Positions 16,576-24,788 of a stretch of 24,788 nt of DNA are shown piece after piece. The notes under the pieces are model-generated. The model was not told the DNA's origin. It ran no database searches and was given only the letters and a program-made list of their open reading frames with translations. Source of the DNA: a virus (Duplodnaviria; Caudoviricetes); the IMG/VR virus record IMGVR_UViG_3300020045_005904, positions 1-24,788 of that record. One strand, 5' to 3'. Within the stretch, counting starts at the first letter, position 1. Every line of letters starts with the position of its first letter. Position numbers and translations under genes: made by a program.

Positions 16576-17490
16576 ATGAAAGAGACTCCAAGTCAGTTAC
16601 CAATTCAAAGTTTCGTTATGAACTTTCCATTCTCATTATCAACAGCAGATCCAAACAATATTTGGATGCAAGAGTTAACAGATGAGGAATTAGCAATTAA
16701 TAAACCCAAAGCATACAAACAGTTTATGGATTTGTATAACTTTGTTGCGGGTGGTGCTTTAGTAAACCTATTACCTTCGGAAGGTAATTTTCAAGATCAA
16801 GTTTACGTAGCTAATTTGGGTATTTATTTACCCCATATTAAAAACGAAAACCATATTATTTTATCTAACTTCACTTCAGACCCTCGTAAAGGTGAAGAAA
16901 AAGTAGGAGAAAAATATTTTGATCAAATGGGTTATAAAACAGCTATTTCTCCTTACAAATGGGAAGGTGAGGCAGATTTGAAATACCTTTACGGAAACAA
17001 ATATATTGGTGGTTACGGTATTCGCTCAAACATCAAAGCATATGAGTGGATGGAAGAACAATACAACATGGACATTATTAAAGTGGCTATGGTTGATGAA
17101 TATTTGTATCACTTGGATTGTTCTATTTTTGCTTTAAACACTGAACAAACATTGGTTTGTACTGAATTGTTTGATGAGGAAGAATTAAAAATGATTGAAA
17201 AAGAAACTGAAATCATTGATATTCATATTGACGATGCTTTGGGTGGATTAACTAATTCAGTTCGTTTAGGTAACATGGTTTTATGTGCCTCAAACATTGC
17301 CGAATTAAAAAAATCACACGAGTATTATGAGGGTGAGGTTCACAAAATTAAAACACTAGAAAAAATTTGTGGTGATGCTGGTATGGAACCTGTTATCTTC
17401 AACCTTTCAGAATACATGAAATCAGGTGCTATGTTGTCTTGTATGATGATGCACTTAAACAGAGTTGATCACAATAAAACCTTACTATAA
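16576..17490 (+). CDS. Amidinotransferase / DDAH / arginine-dihydrolase-fold (pentein) enzyme
   Basis: Likely start ATG 16576; DQVYVAN, RKGE, WEGEAD, YHLDC and KSGAMLSC carry the Asp/His/Cys catalytic motifs of guanidino-group-modifying enzymes. Confidence 0.85.
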   Translation: MKETPSQLPIQSFVMNFPFSLSTADPNNIWMQELTDEELAINKPKAYKQFMDLYNFVAGGALVNLLPSEGNFQDQVYVANLGIYLPHIKNENHIILSNFTSDPRKGEEKVGEKYFDQMGYKTAISPYKWEGEADLKYLYGNKYIGGYGIRSNIKAYEWMEEQYNMDIIKVAMVDEYLYHLDCSIFALNTEQTLVCTELFDEEELKMIEKETEIIDIHIDDALGGLTNSVRLGNMVLCASNIAELKKSHEYYEGEVHKIKTLEKICGDAGMEPVIFNLSEYMKSGAMLSCMMMHLNRVDHNKTLL

Positions 17491-18221
17491 TGGCACAAAC
17501 ATTACAAGAATGGTTAAGTACTGAGGTTAAACAACTTCAGAAGATGCCTGTAGGCGAGTTGTCTAATGTATTTTTCTTTAGAGACCCAATTCGTCCTAAT
17601 TATATTGATCACGAGCATTTTTATAGTCCTGCTGATGGAACTATTTTATACCAAAAGTTTATTAAGGATCCTTCCGAACCTGTAGTTGAAATTAAGGGTA
17701 TGAATTATACTCTTCAAGATGTTATGGGCGATGATGAGTACAATAAACCTTCATTAGTTATTGGTATATTTATGTCATTTTATGATGTTCACATCAATCG
17801 TATACCTTACGGAGGTCTGCTGTCATATAAACCACTAGACGCGATTCAATCGACTAACAAACCCATGTTGGCGGTTGAAAAAGATATATTAAATAAAAAA
17901 ATTAACCCCGCAAACATGGAGTACTTAAAGTATAACGAGCGTATGTGGAATAAAATTTATTCACCATCTTTAGATTATACTTATTACTTAATTCAGATTG
18001 CCGACGAGGATGTAAACGTTATTGCTCCATTTACTATGGATCAAAACGATGTTTTTGCTCAAAACGAAAGATTTTCTTTAATTAGATGGGGTTCACAAGT
18101 TGATTTGGTGTTACCATTGGATGATAGATATGATTTTGAGTTATGTTTAGATGATGCTATGCATGTTAATGCTGGCTTAGACCAACTTGTAAAAATTAAA
18201 TTTAATGAATACACAACCTAA
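17490..18221 (+). CDS. psd: Phosphatidylserine decarboxylase-family (pyruvoyl) proenzyme lacking a hydrophobic N-terminal anchor
   Basis: FFRDP.R, SPADG, IFMSFYDVHINRIP, NER, QIA and the self-cleavage motif WG|SQVD; TAATG overlap with the upstream gene. Confidence 0.82.
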   Translation: MAQTLQEWLSTEVKQLQKMPVGELSNVFFFRDPIRPNYIDHEHFYSPADGTILYQKFIKDPSEPVVEIKGMNYTLQDVMGDDEYNKPSLVIGIFMSFYDVHINRIPYGGLLSYKPLDAIQSTNKPMLAVEKDILNKKINPANMEYLKYNERMWNKIYSPSLDYTYYLIQIADEDVNVIAPFTMDQNDVFAQNERFSLIRWGSQVDLVLPLDDRYDFELCLDDAMHVNAGLDQLVKIKFNEYTT

Positions 18222-18942
18222 TCACGAGGACGAGATCTTCAAAGAAAAGCGTAAGCCAAAAAATCCTATTAAGTTCAAGTTACAATTAAACGATGAACAA
18301 AAACAGGCCAAATCCAAAATATTAGACAGTACTATTACTTTATTAGCAGGTGCTGCTGGTTCAGGTAAAACATTACTTGCTTGTCAAATTGGTTTGGAAA
18401 AATTGTTTATGAGAGATGTTGAAAAGGTAATTATTACCCGACCAACAGTATCAAAAGAGGAAATTGGATTCCTACCAGGTGATTTAAGAGAAAAAATGGA
18501 TCCTTGGGTACAACCAATTTATCAGAATATGTTCTTACTTTATGATAAAACAAAGATTGAAGAACTTATTAAAGAAGATAAAATAGAAATTGTACCTGTA
18601 TCATTTATGAGAGGACGTACTTTTGTAAACTGTGTAGTAATTGTGGATGAGGCCCAAAACGTAACACACGAGCAAATGGAAATGATCGTTACCCGTATTG
18701 GTAAAGGATCTAAAATGATTATTTGTGGTGATGATGCTCAGGTGGATTTGAAACAAAAACGTGATTCTGGATTTAAATTCTTGTACACGGCAGCTAAAAG
18801 AATTAAAAGTTTAGAGGCAATATCTCTAAAACAAAACCACAGAGATCCTATAGTAGAGGACTTGATTAATCTATATAACGATGCCTATGAAAGAGGAATT
18901 AGTTTGAATACTACTGGTTCAAACGGAAATTCTAAAAAGTAA
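18205..18942 (+). CDS. phoH: PhoH-family ATPase
   Basis: GAAGSGKT, ITRP, IGFLPGDLREK, FMRGRTF, DEAQN, TRIG, GD..Q.D and HR motifs. Confidence 0.93.
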   Translation: MNTQPNHEDEIFKEKRKPKNPIKFKLQLNDEQKQAKSKILDSTITLLAGAAGSGKTLLACQIGLEKLFMRDVEKVIITRPTVSKEEIGFLPGDLREKMDPWVQPIYQNMFLLYDKTKIEELIKEDKIEIVPVSFMRGRTFVNCVVIVDEAQNVTHEQMEMIVTRIGKGSKMIICGDDAQVDLKQKRDSGFKFLYTAAKRIKSLEAISLKQNHRDPIVEDLINLYNDAYERGISLNTTGSNGNSKK

Positions 18943-18963
18943 ATTAGAGCCATACCCTTTCAA

Positions 18964-18971
18964 TATTTATA
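18964..18971 (+). promoter_or_regulatory. Putative late promoter motif TATTTATA
   Basis: 10 nt before ATG 18982. Confidence 0.6.
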
Positions 18972-18981
18972 CGAAAAAGGT

Positions 18982-19404
18982 ATGGCAACTTTTACTTCCC
19001 AAATATTTGAAATTTTAACTTTAAACGGAGATGATGTAGGATCTTCTGTTACTCAAACTATTAATAATGTTAATTACGTTGATAATAGAATTTTAAGCAT
19101 CCCTACAGGTTCGGTAACAACCTTATTTTCAATGGATGCTGTACCTGGTGCAGGTACTTTTGTAACAAGCAGTATCCAATATATTCGAGTAACTAATAAC
19201 TCAACTGTTGCTCCTGTTAAATTAATTGTATCCTCTTCAACAGAGGCTATGAGTTACTTAATTGCCACCGGTAGCTCATATATGTTGTCTACTAGTAAAA
19301 TGACTGGCAGTACTTCAGGATTATCTTTTGGTGATATACAATCAGTAAAAGCCCAACCTTCAGGAAGTAATGCAAGTATAGAGTATTACATTGTAACCAC
19401 TTAA
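18982..19404 (+). CDS. Small Ser/Thr-rich beta-type virion protein (possible decoration protein)
   Basis: 140 aa, very S/T/V-rich with few charged residues; late motif upstream; precedes the neck genes. Confidence 0.55.
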   Translation: MATFTSQIFEILTLNGDDVGSSVTQTINNVNYVDNRILSIPTGSVTTLFSMDAVPGAGTFVTSSIQYIRVTNNSTVAPVKLIVSSSTEAMSYLIATGSSYMLSTSKMTGSTSGLSFGDIQSVKAQPSGSNASIEYYIVTT

Positions 19405-19413
19405 TAAAATAAT

Positions 19414-20637
19414 ATGTCTAATATTCCTATTTGGCCTGGTTCATCTTCCTTTGCTCAAGTTTCAGCATCATATGCTAATGGTGTTTGGCCACCTCCTACA
19501 CCGTTTGGATTTTACGATAATGACCTACAGTTTCAAACCGATGCTAACAAAGTAGCTAACTTTTGTGCTTTACGTTTAGGTTATCCTATTGAAAACGTAG
19601 AATTACAAGATATTAACTTTTGGGCTGGATTTGAAGAGGCAACTACTATTTACGGAAATGAATTATATGCCTTCCAAACCAGAGACAATTATTTGTCTTT
19701 AGAGGGAGCTTCTACAAGTTTAAATGTAAATGATTCTGTATTTACTCCTACAATGGCCCCTATTGTTAGACTATCTCAACAATATGGTGAGGAAGCAGGA
19801 GCAGGTGGTAATGTAACTTGGTTAAAAGGTAGATTACCTTTAATTCCTGGACAACAACGTTACGATTTGTCAAAATGGGCTGAAGATGAAGGTATTACAG
19901 GTGGTATTGAAATTAAAAATGTTTATTATCAAGCACCTCCAGCAGTAAGTCAATTATATTCTCCTACTTTATTAGCAGGACAGGGCGGTTTAGGAGGTGT
20001 TCCTCCAGCTGGTTTGTATGGGTTTGGATATGGCTACACAAACTATTTGATGATGCCTACAAGCTTTACTATGCAAAATATCCAAGCAATTGAGATGCAA
20101 AACCAAGTAACTTTATCTAACTATTCCTTTAACATTGTAAATAACATTATTTCAGTATTCCCAGTACCAGGTACTGGTGCTTTTAGTGAGGAAGATGGTG
20201 CTGAAGGAGGATTAGATTATGGTATTTATTTAGTATTTGATTTTATTAAAATACAAGATAGATTAGATGCTGTTGTAGCAAATGGTACTAATAAAATTGT
20301 AAATACATCAAACGTTCCTTATCAAAACCCAATATACTCTAAAATAAATTCAATTGGTAGAGCTTGGATTTTTGAATATACTTTAGCTAAAGCAAAAGAA
20401 GTATTAGGATTAGTAAGAAACAAATATTCAACTATTCCTATCCCAGGACAAGAAGTAACATTAAATGGTGATTCTTTAGTATCAGCAGCTACTACAGAAA
20501 AAGAAGCACTTATTGCACGACTAAGAGAATACTTTGATCAAACTTCTCGTCAAGCATTACTTGAAAGAAGACAAGCAGAATCAATAGCTCGTGTTGCTGA
20601 AATTAACCAAGTACCAATGACAATTTTTATAGGATAA
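19414..20637 (+). CDS. Neck / head-tail adaptor protein (T4 gp13-like)
   Basis: RLGYPIENVEL near the N-terminus and WIFEYTLAKAKEVLGLVRNKY..IPIPG..VTLNG near the C-terminus match the gp13 pattern. Confidence 0.75.
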   Translation: MSNIPIWPGSSSFAQVSASYANGVWPPPTPFGFYDNDLQFQTDANKVANFCALRLGYPIENVELQDINFWAGFEEATTIYGNELYAFQTRDNYLSLEGASTSLNVNDSVFTPTMAPIVRLSQQYGEEAGAGGNVTWLKGRLPLIPGQQRYDLSKWAEDEGITGGIEIKNVYYQAPPAVSQLYSPTLLAGQGGLGGVPPAGLYGFGYGYTNYLMMPTSFTMQNIQAIEMQNQVTLSNYSFNIVNNIISVFPVPGTGAFSEEDGAEGGLDYGIYLVFDFIKIQDRLDAVVANGTNKIVNTSNVPYQNPIYSKINSIGRAWIFEYTLAKAKEVLGLVRNKYSTIPIPGQEVTLNGDSLVSAATTEKEALIARLREYFDQTSRQALLERRQAESIARVAEINQVPMTIFIG

Positions 20638-20638
20638 T

Positions 20639-21229
20639 ATGGCTTTATACGGAGGTGCTCGAGATATATCAATGTTTAGAAGAGTCAACCGAGAGTTGAT
20701 GGGAAACATTATATCTCAAGAGGTAGTATTTTACAAGTATAATGTAACTACTACTAAAACAAACATGTATGGAGAATCAGTAGAAGGAAGAAATTTTGCT
20801 GATCCTGTTATATTATTTGCTTTAGTAGAAAGAGGAAGCCCAGAATCACCTACAAGTGATATGGGTGTTGACTTTACATATCCTATAACTGTTAGATTTT
20901 TAAAAGATGATTTATTAAGTCCTTCATTAGATTATAATGCAAGTATGGGTTTTGGTGCTAATCTAAATCCATTACCTGGGAATTATGGTGCTAATATACA
21001 ACCTGCTGTTGGAGATATTATACAGTATGAAAATGGATATTGGGAAATAGATAATACTTATAATACTCAATATTTTGTAGGTAAAGATCCTCAATTCCCT
21101 TACACAGATGGTTTAGGTAATAATCCACTAAACCCTGGATTAGATCAATTTGGTTATAGTGTAGAGGTAAGATGTGATTGTCACTACGTGCCTTCAGATC
21201 GTTTGAACATAATTAAATCAAGAATGTAA
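20639..21229 (+). CDS. Head-closure / neck protein (T4 gp14-like)
   Basis: Follows the gp13-like gene; MYGES and PAVGDIIQY..GYWEI motifs. Confidence 0.6.
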   Translation: MALYGGARDISMFRRVNRELMGNIISQEVVFYKYNVTTTKTNMYGESVEGRNFADPVILFALVERGSPESPTSDMGVDFTYPITVRFLKDDLLSPSLDYNASMGFGANLNPLPGNYGANIQPAVGDIIQYENGYWEIDNTYNTQYFVGKDPQFPYTDGLGNNPLNPGLDQFGYSVEVRCDCHYVPSDRLNIIKSRM

Positions 21230-22236
21230 TGGCTCAAGTTAGAAAACCAATCCCAAAAACCCAAAAACAGCTGTCTAATGAACAGCATGTTCCAACCAAC
21301 CAACAGGCTGGTAATCCTAATAGTTTTAACCCAACACCTACTAACAATAGAGCTTTAAATACATCTTTTAAAGGAGATACTACCAAACCTTTTAGTGTAG
21401 GAATTCAGGATATAGATGAGGCAGTATTTTATTATTTTCAAAACGTAATTCAACCTTCTGTTATACAAAACGGACAGAGATTACCTGTTCCTATTATTTA
21501 TGGTTCACCTGAAAAATGGAAATCATATCAAAAGGATGGGTATTATAGGGACCAGCTTGGAAAAATACAGGCTCCGTTGATTATGTTTAAACGCAACAGT
21601 ATAGACAAAAATAGACAGATAGCTAACAAACTAGATGCTAATCAACCCAACCTGTTACAAGTATTTACTAAAAAATATACACCAAGAAATGCTTACGATA
21701 ATTTTAAGGTATTAAACAACAGGATTCCACAACAGGAATACTATGCTGTTATTATGCCTGACTATGTTACTGTAAGTTATACTTGTATTGTGTTTACTTA
21801 TTACGTAGAACAATTAAATAAGATAGTAGAGGCAATGGAATATGCCTCTGATGCTTACTGGGGTGATCCTCAACGTTATCAATTTAAATCTATGATTGAT
21901 TCGTTTGGTTTCCAAACCGAGTTAGTTAATAACGATGAGCGTATTGTTAGAAGTACTTTTGATATTAAATTAAATGGATACATCATACCTGATGTGTTAC
22001 AAAAAGATATAACAGCCTTACAGAAATTTTCTAATAAAACTAAAGTCATATTTTCAGTTGAAGCAACAGATAATCAAGCTTTCTACGATGGCCGTGTTGA
22101 AGGTGACAGAATTATTACAGAAGATCCAGCACGTGTAAGACACACAACTTTTGTAAACGCTGGAGATGGAACAGGCGATTCAATAGGAAATGTAGGTAAT
22201 CAAGAAGCTCAAAATCGTTCAACAGCAATTGGATAA
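21229..22236 (+). CDS. Tail completion / sheath stabiliser (T4 gp15-like)
   Basis: VPIIYGSPEKW, PLIMFKR and PDYVTVSY...EQLNKIVE motifs; third gene of the neck cluster; TAATG overlap. Confidence 0.6.
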   Translation: MAQVRKPIPKTQKQLSNEQHVPTNQQAGNPNSFNPTPTNNRALNTSFKGDTTKPFSVGIQDIDEAVFYYFQNVIQPSVIQNGQRLPVPIIYGSPEKWKSYQKDGYYRDQLGKIQAPLIMFKRNSIDKNRQIANKLDANQPNLLQVFTKKYTPRNAYDNFKVLNNRIPQQEYYAVIMPDYVTVSYTCIVFTYYVEQLNKIVEAMEYASDAYWGDPQRYQFKSMIDSFGFQTELVNNDERIVRSTFDIKLNGYIIPDVLQKDITALQKFSNKTKVIFSVEATDNQAFYDGRVEGDRIITEDPARVRHTTFVNAGDGTGDSIGNVGNQEAQNRSTAIG

Positions 22237-22241
22237 TTTGA

Positions 22242-22249
22242 TATTTATA
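22242..22249 (+). promoter_or_regulatory. Putative late promoter motif TATTTATA
   Basis: 11 nt before ATG 22261. Confidence 0.6.
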
Positions 22250-22260
22250 TTGGATAAATT

Positions 22261-24788
22261 ATGGCTCAAGTTAGATTTCTAGATCAGGTTCCTGTAGCGG
22301 TATATGACCCAAACGTAGATAATGGTGGTGTAGGACAATCTGTTAATGTATATTATAGTAGTTCATTAGTTTTAGCTAATGTTCCTTTTATAAACTTTAC
22401 AGGTTCTCTTAATGTTTCTACAGGATCTCTTAGTGGATCTAACGGAGTAACAGTAAAAGTAGAAGGTTTTCCTTACTCGGGTTCAGCAACTATTACTGGT
22501 TCTTTAATTATTTCAGGAGCTAATGCTCCCGTTTTAATAGTTTATGGTGGAGCTAGCATAACAGGTAATACATCTATTACAGGTTCTTTAAATGTTAGTA
22601 ACGGAATTACAGGATCATTATTCGGTACAGCATCTTACGCTACTTCAGCATCATATGCTTTATCTGCATCTTATGCTGCAACATCTTCTTATGCTACAGA
22701 TTTTATAGTTTCAGGATCAATTACAGGTGTAGATTATATTGATTTTGATACAAGTGCTTCGGTTACACAACCTTCTATAGCACGTTTATCATGGAATCCA
22801 GCAGATAAAACCTTAGATTTAGGCACAGGAGATGGAAATACTACCCTACAAATAGGTCAAGAAACCGTTTATCCTCCAGTAGTTAACAAAGATTCTATCA
22901 ATCTAGGGGAAGGAACCTTAGTAATGGTAGATCCTACAGATGTTGCTCAAGGAAATCGTATTAGAGTTATTAGAGCTGTTACTAATGGAACTTATCCCTC
23001 TCAATTAATAGTTGGTATATTAACAGAAAATATTGATATAAATGAAGAAGGATTTGTTACTTGGTTTGGTTACGTAAGAAATTTACCATTATCTACTTTA
23101 CAACCAGCAGGAGAAACTTGGACAGAAGGCCAAATTTTATACCCAAACCCAAATATCCCTGGGGGATTAACCAGTATTAGACCATCAGCACCTGCTATTG
23201 ATGCTACGATAGCTGCTATTACAGCAATTAATGGATCTAATTTAACATTATTGGTTAGACCTTTATTAACATTTACTTTAGATGAATTAAATGATGTATC
23301 TGCTTCCTCACCATTAAATGGAGACCTATTAACAAAATCAGGCTCTGTTTGGATAGCAGGAAAACAACTATCAGGTTCATATGGATTAACAGGTTCATTA
23401 AGTGTAACAGGAAGTATAACAGGATCATTTTCAGGATCAGGTATTATAACAAGTGCTTCTTATGCCTTTAGTTCAACAAGTGCCTCATATGCTTTAAGTA
23501 GTTCATATGCTTTATCTAGTTCATATTCTTTAAGTTCTTCTTATGCTCTAAGTAGCTCTTATGCTTTAAGTTCTTCTTATGCTTCTGGTTCAACAAGTTC
23601 ATCTTACTCTTTAAGCTCATCTTACGCTTTAAGTAGTTCATACGCTTTAAGTGCCTCTAACGCTTTAAGTAGTTCTTATACCTTAAGCAGTTCCTATGCC
23701 TTAAGTTCCTCGTATGCCTCAGGTTCAACAAGTGCCTCATATGCTTTAAGTGCCTCTAACGCTTTAAGTAGTTCTTATACCTTAAGTAGCTCATATGCTT
23801 TATCTAGTTCTTTTGCTACTAACGTAGCTAGTGGTATAGCAATTACTGCCTCAAACTTAATAGTTACAGGTACAGCCTCTATAAGTTACTTGGATGTTAC
23901 TATAGAATCAGCTTCTGTTATTTATTCTTCAGGTTCAAACCAGTTTGGTGATGCGGCAAACGATACCCAAACAATGTATGGTACTGTTAATATTTTAACA
24001 GGTCCTTTAAATGTTTCGGGCGCGGCTACTTTTTATAATGGAATTACAGGATCATTATCAGGTTCAATAACAGGTTCAGTATTTGGTACCTCATCTTTTG
24101 CTCTAACAGCCTCTTATGTTACTCCTTTAACACAAAGCGTTTTAGTATCAGGTTCAATATCAACCACTTCAGACTCTACTTTTAACACAGTTCTTGTAGG
24201 ATTAGGAGCAGGTAATATATCTAATAATACTAGAGTTGGTACTAATGCTTTAACAGCCAACACAACTGGCAATAATAATACAGCTATAGGATATAGTGCT
24301 TTACGAGTTAATACTACAGGTAATCGTAATACAGCAGTTGGTACTCTTGCTTTAAGAAATAATACCGCCGGTAGTTATAATACAGCAGTAGGACGTTATG
24401 CTTTAAGAAATAATACAACAGGCACTAGAAACTCAGCTCTAGGTAACAGTGCCTTAAGTTGTAATACAACAGGTGTTTGCAATACAGGTGTAGGATACTT
24501 AGCTTTAGCTTTTAACACAATAGGAACAGGTAATACAGCGGTAGGTAGCAATTCTTTACAAAATAACACAACCGGTACCCAAAACACAGCAGTTGGTACG
24601 AATGCACTTTGTGCTAACACTTACGGTACTAATATTACAGCAGTAGGATACAGAAGCTTAAGAAATAATACTACTGGTAATTATAATACAGGTTTAGGTA
24701 CTACTACTCTACTTAATAATACAACAGGTATAAATAACACGGCAGTAGGTGCAAATTCACTTTTAGCAAATACCATCGGTACTAACAA
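22261..24788 (+). CDS. Long fibre/adhesin-like virion protein, 3'-truncated by the window edge (>840 aa)
   Basis: Read by hand: ATG 22261 MAQVRFLDQVPVAVYDP... with no stop found to the end of the window. Contains TGS/SGS-rich segments, an LDELNDV..P.NGDLL..W fibre motif, SSSYAL hexapeptide repeats and 14-aa NTAVG..AL..NTTG repeats. Confidence 0.85.
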   Translation, partial: MAQVRFLDQVPVAVYDPNVDNGGVGQSVNVYYSSSLVLANVPFINFTGSLNVSTGSLSGSNGVTVKVEGFPYSGSATITGSLIISGANAPVLIVYGGASITGNTSITGSLNVSNGITGSLFGTASYATSASYALSASYAATSSYATDFIVSGSITGVDYIDFDTSASVTQPSIARLSWNPADKTLDLGTGDGNTTLQIGQETVYPPVVNKDSINLGEGTLVMVDPTDVAQGNRIRVIRAVTNGTYPSQLIVGILTENIDINEEGFVTWFGYVRNLPLSTLQPAGETWTEGQILYPNPNIPGGLTSIRPSAPAIDATIAAITAINGSNLTLLVRPLLTFTLDELNDVSASSPLNGDLLTKSGSVWIAGKQLSGSYGLTGSLSVTGSITGSFSGSGIITSASYAFSSTSASYALSSSYALSSSYSLSSSYALSSSYALSSSYASGSTSSSYSLSSSYALSSSYALSASNALSSSYTLSSSYALSSSYASGSTSASYALSASNALSSSYTLSSSYALSSSFATNVASGIAITASNLIVTGTASISYLDVTIESASVIYSSGSNQFGDAANDTQTMYGTVNILTGPLNVSGAATFYNGITGSLSGSITGSVFGTSSFALTASYVTPLTQSVLVSGSISTTSDSTFNTVLVGLGAGNISNNTRVGTNALTANTTGNNNTAIGYSALRVNTTGNRNTAVGTLALRNNTAGSYNTAVGRYALRNNTTGTRNSALGNSALSCNTTGVCNTGVGYLALAFNTIGTGNTAVGSNSLQNNTTGTQNTAVGTNALCANTYGTNITAVGYRSLRNNTTGNYNTGLGTTTLLNNTTGINNTAVGANSLLANTIGTN
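23452..23820 (+). repeat. Coding tandem repeat with an 18-bp unit (SSSYAL), about 20 degenerate units
   Basis: Units like AGTAGTTCATATGCTTTA; includes an exact 44-nt duplication at 23644-23687 and 23743-23786. Confidence 0.85.
24225..24788 (+). repeat. Coding tandem repeat with a 42-bp unit (YadA-head-like beta-roll, N-T-A-V-G-x-x-A-L-x-x-N-T-T-G)
   Basis: About 13 successive 14-aa units such as NTAVGTLALRNNTAG and NTAVGRYALRNNTTG; continues past the window edge. Confidence 0.8.

Noticed and set aside
23452-23820. Similarity of the Ser/Tyr/Ala repeat to ice-nucleation proteins
   Set aside because: The period is 6 aa and it lacks the 8/16-aa AGYGSTxT pattern.
641-24620. Minus-strand ORFs in the track (641-892, 2306-2503, 4030-4236, 5371-5610, 9339-9656, 11961-12146, 12489-12710, 13300-13707, 14010-14225, 15917-16195, 24396-24620)
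   Set aside because: All are short antisense shadows of well-supported plus-strand genes; their low-complexity sequences mirror the codon bias of the sense gene.
23452-24788. Tandem repeats as a possible CRISPR array or DGR template/variable repeat
   Set aside because: Unit lengths are multiples of 3, in frame and vary at synonymous positions. There are no unique spacers, no adenine-specific mismatch pattern and no reverse transcriptase in the window.
1-24788. Stop-codon reassignment, as seen in some large phages
   Set aside because: Long conserved genes are uninterrupted and tightly packed under the standard code; TAA and TGA both end genes. No accepted gene was seen ending in TAG, but no read-through is needed either.

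Overview
AT-rich, entirely plus-strand window from a large T4-superfamily-like tailed dsDNA phage, covering the head morphogenesis module. The recognisable structural genes are the large terminase, gp20-like portal, three probable prohead-core proteins, gp21-like prohead protease, acidic scaffold, gp23-like major capsid protein with a Ser/Thr-rich insertion, neck/head-completion genes (gp13/gp14/gp15-like) and the start of a long repeat-rich fibre gene that runs off the right edge and is missing from the supplied ORF track. A Bacteroidota host is inferred from the lack of Shine-Dalgarno sites, TTTG...TAnnTT promoter-like motifs and D-(S/T)-hydrophobic glycosylation sequons in the exported proteins. 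Accessory genes are interleaved: an FAD oxidoreductase plus AAA_28 kinase unit, cupin and HiPIP-like small proteins, a free-standing HNH endonuclease behind the capsid gene, and a coupled amidinotransferase-fold / soluble phosphatidylserine-decarboxylase-like / PhoH operon. The most notable observations are (1) that enzyme operon, (2) an R-x-Q-x-L-A-G-I motif shared by the scaffold C-terminus and the N-terminus of a probable cargo protein, (3) a synonymously recoded capsid-gene 3' end next to the HNH, (4) a recurring TA(T/C)(T/G)TATA late-promoter-like motif and (5) pervasive (S/T)-(G/A/S)-S triplets in virion-surface proteins. All family calls come from motif recognition by eye; no database search was run.
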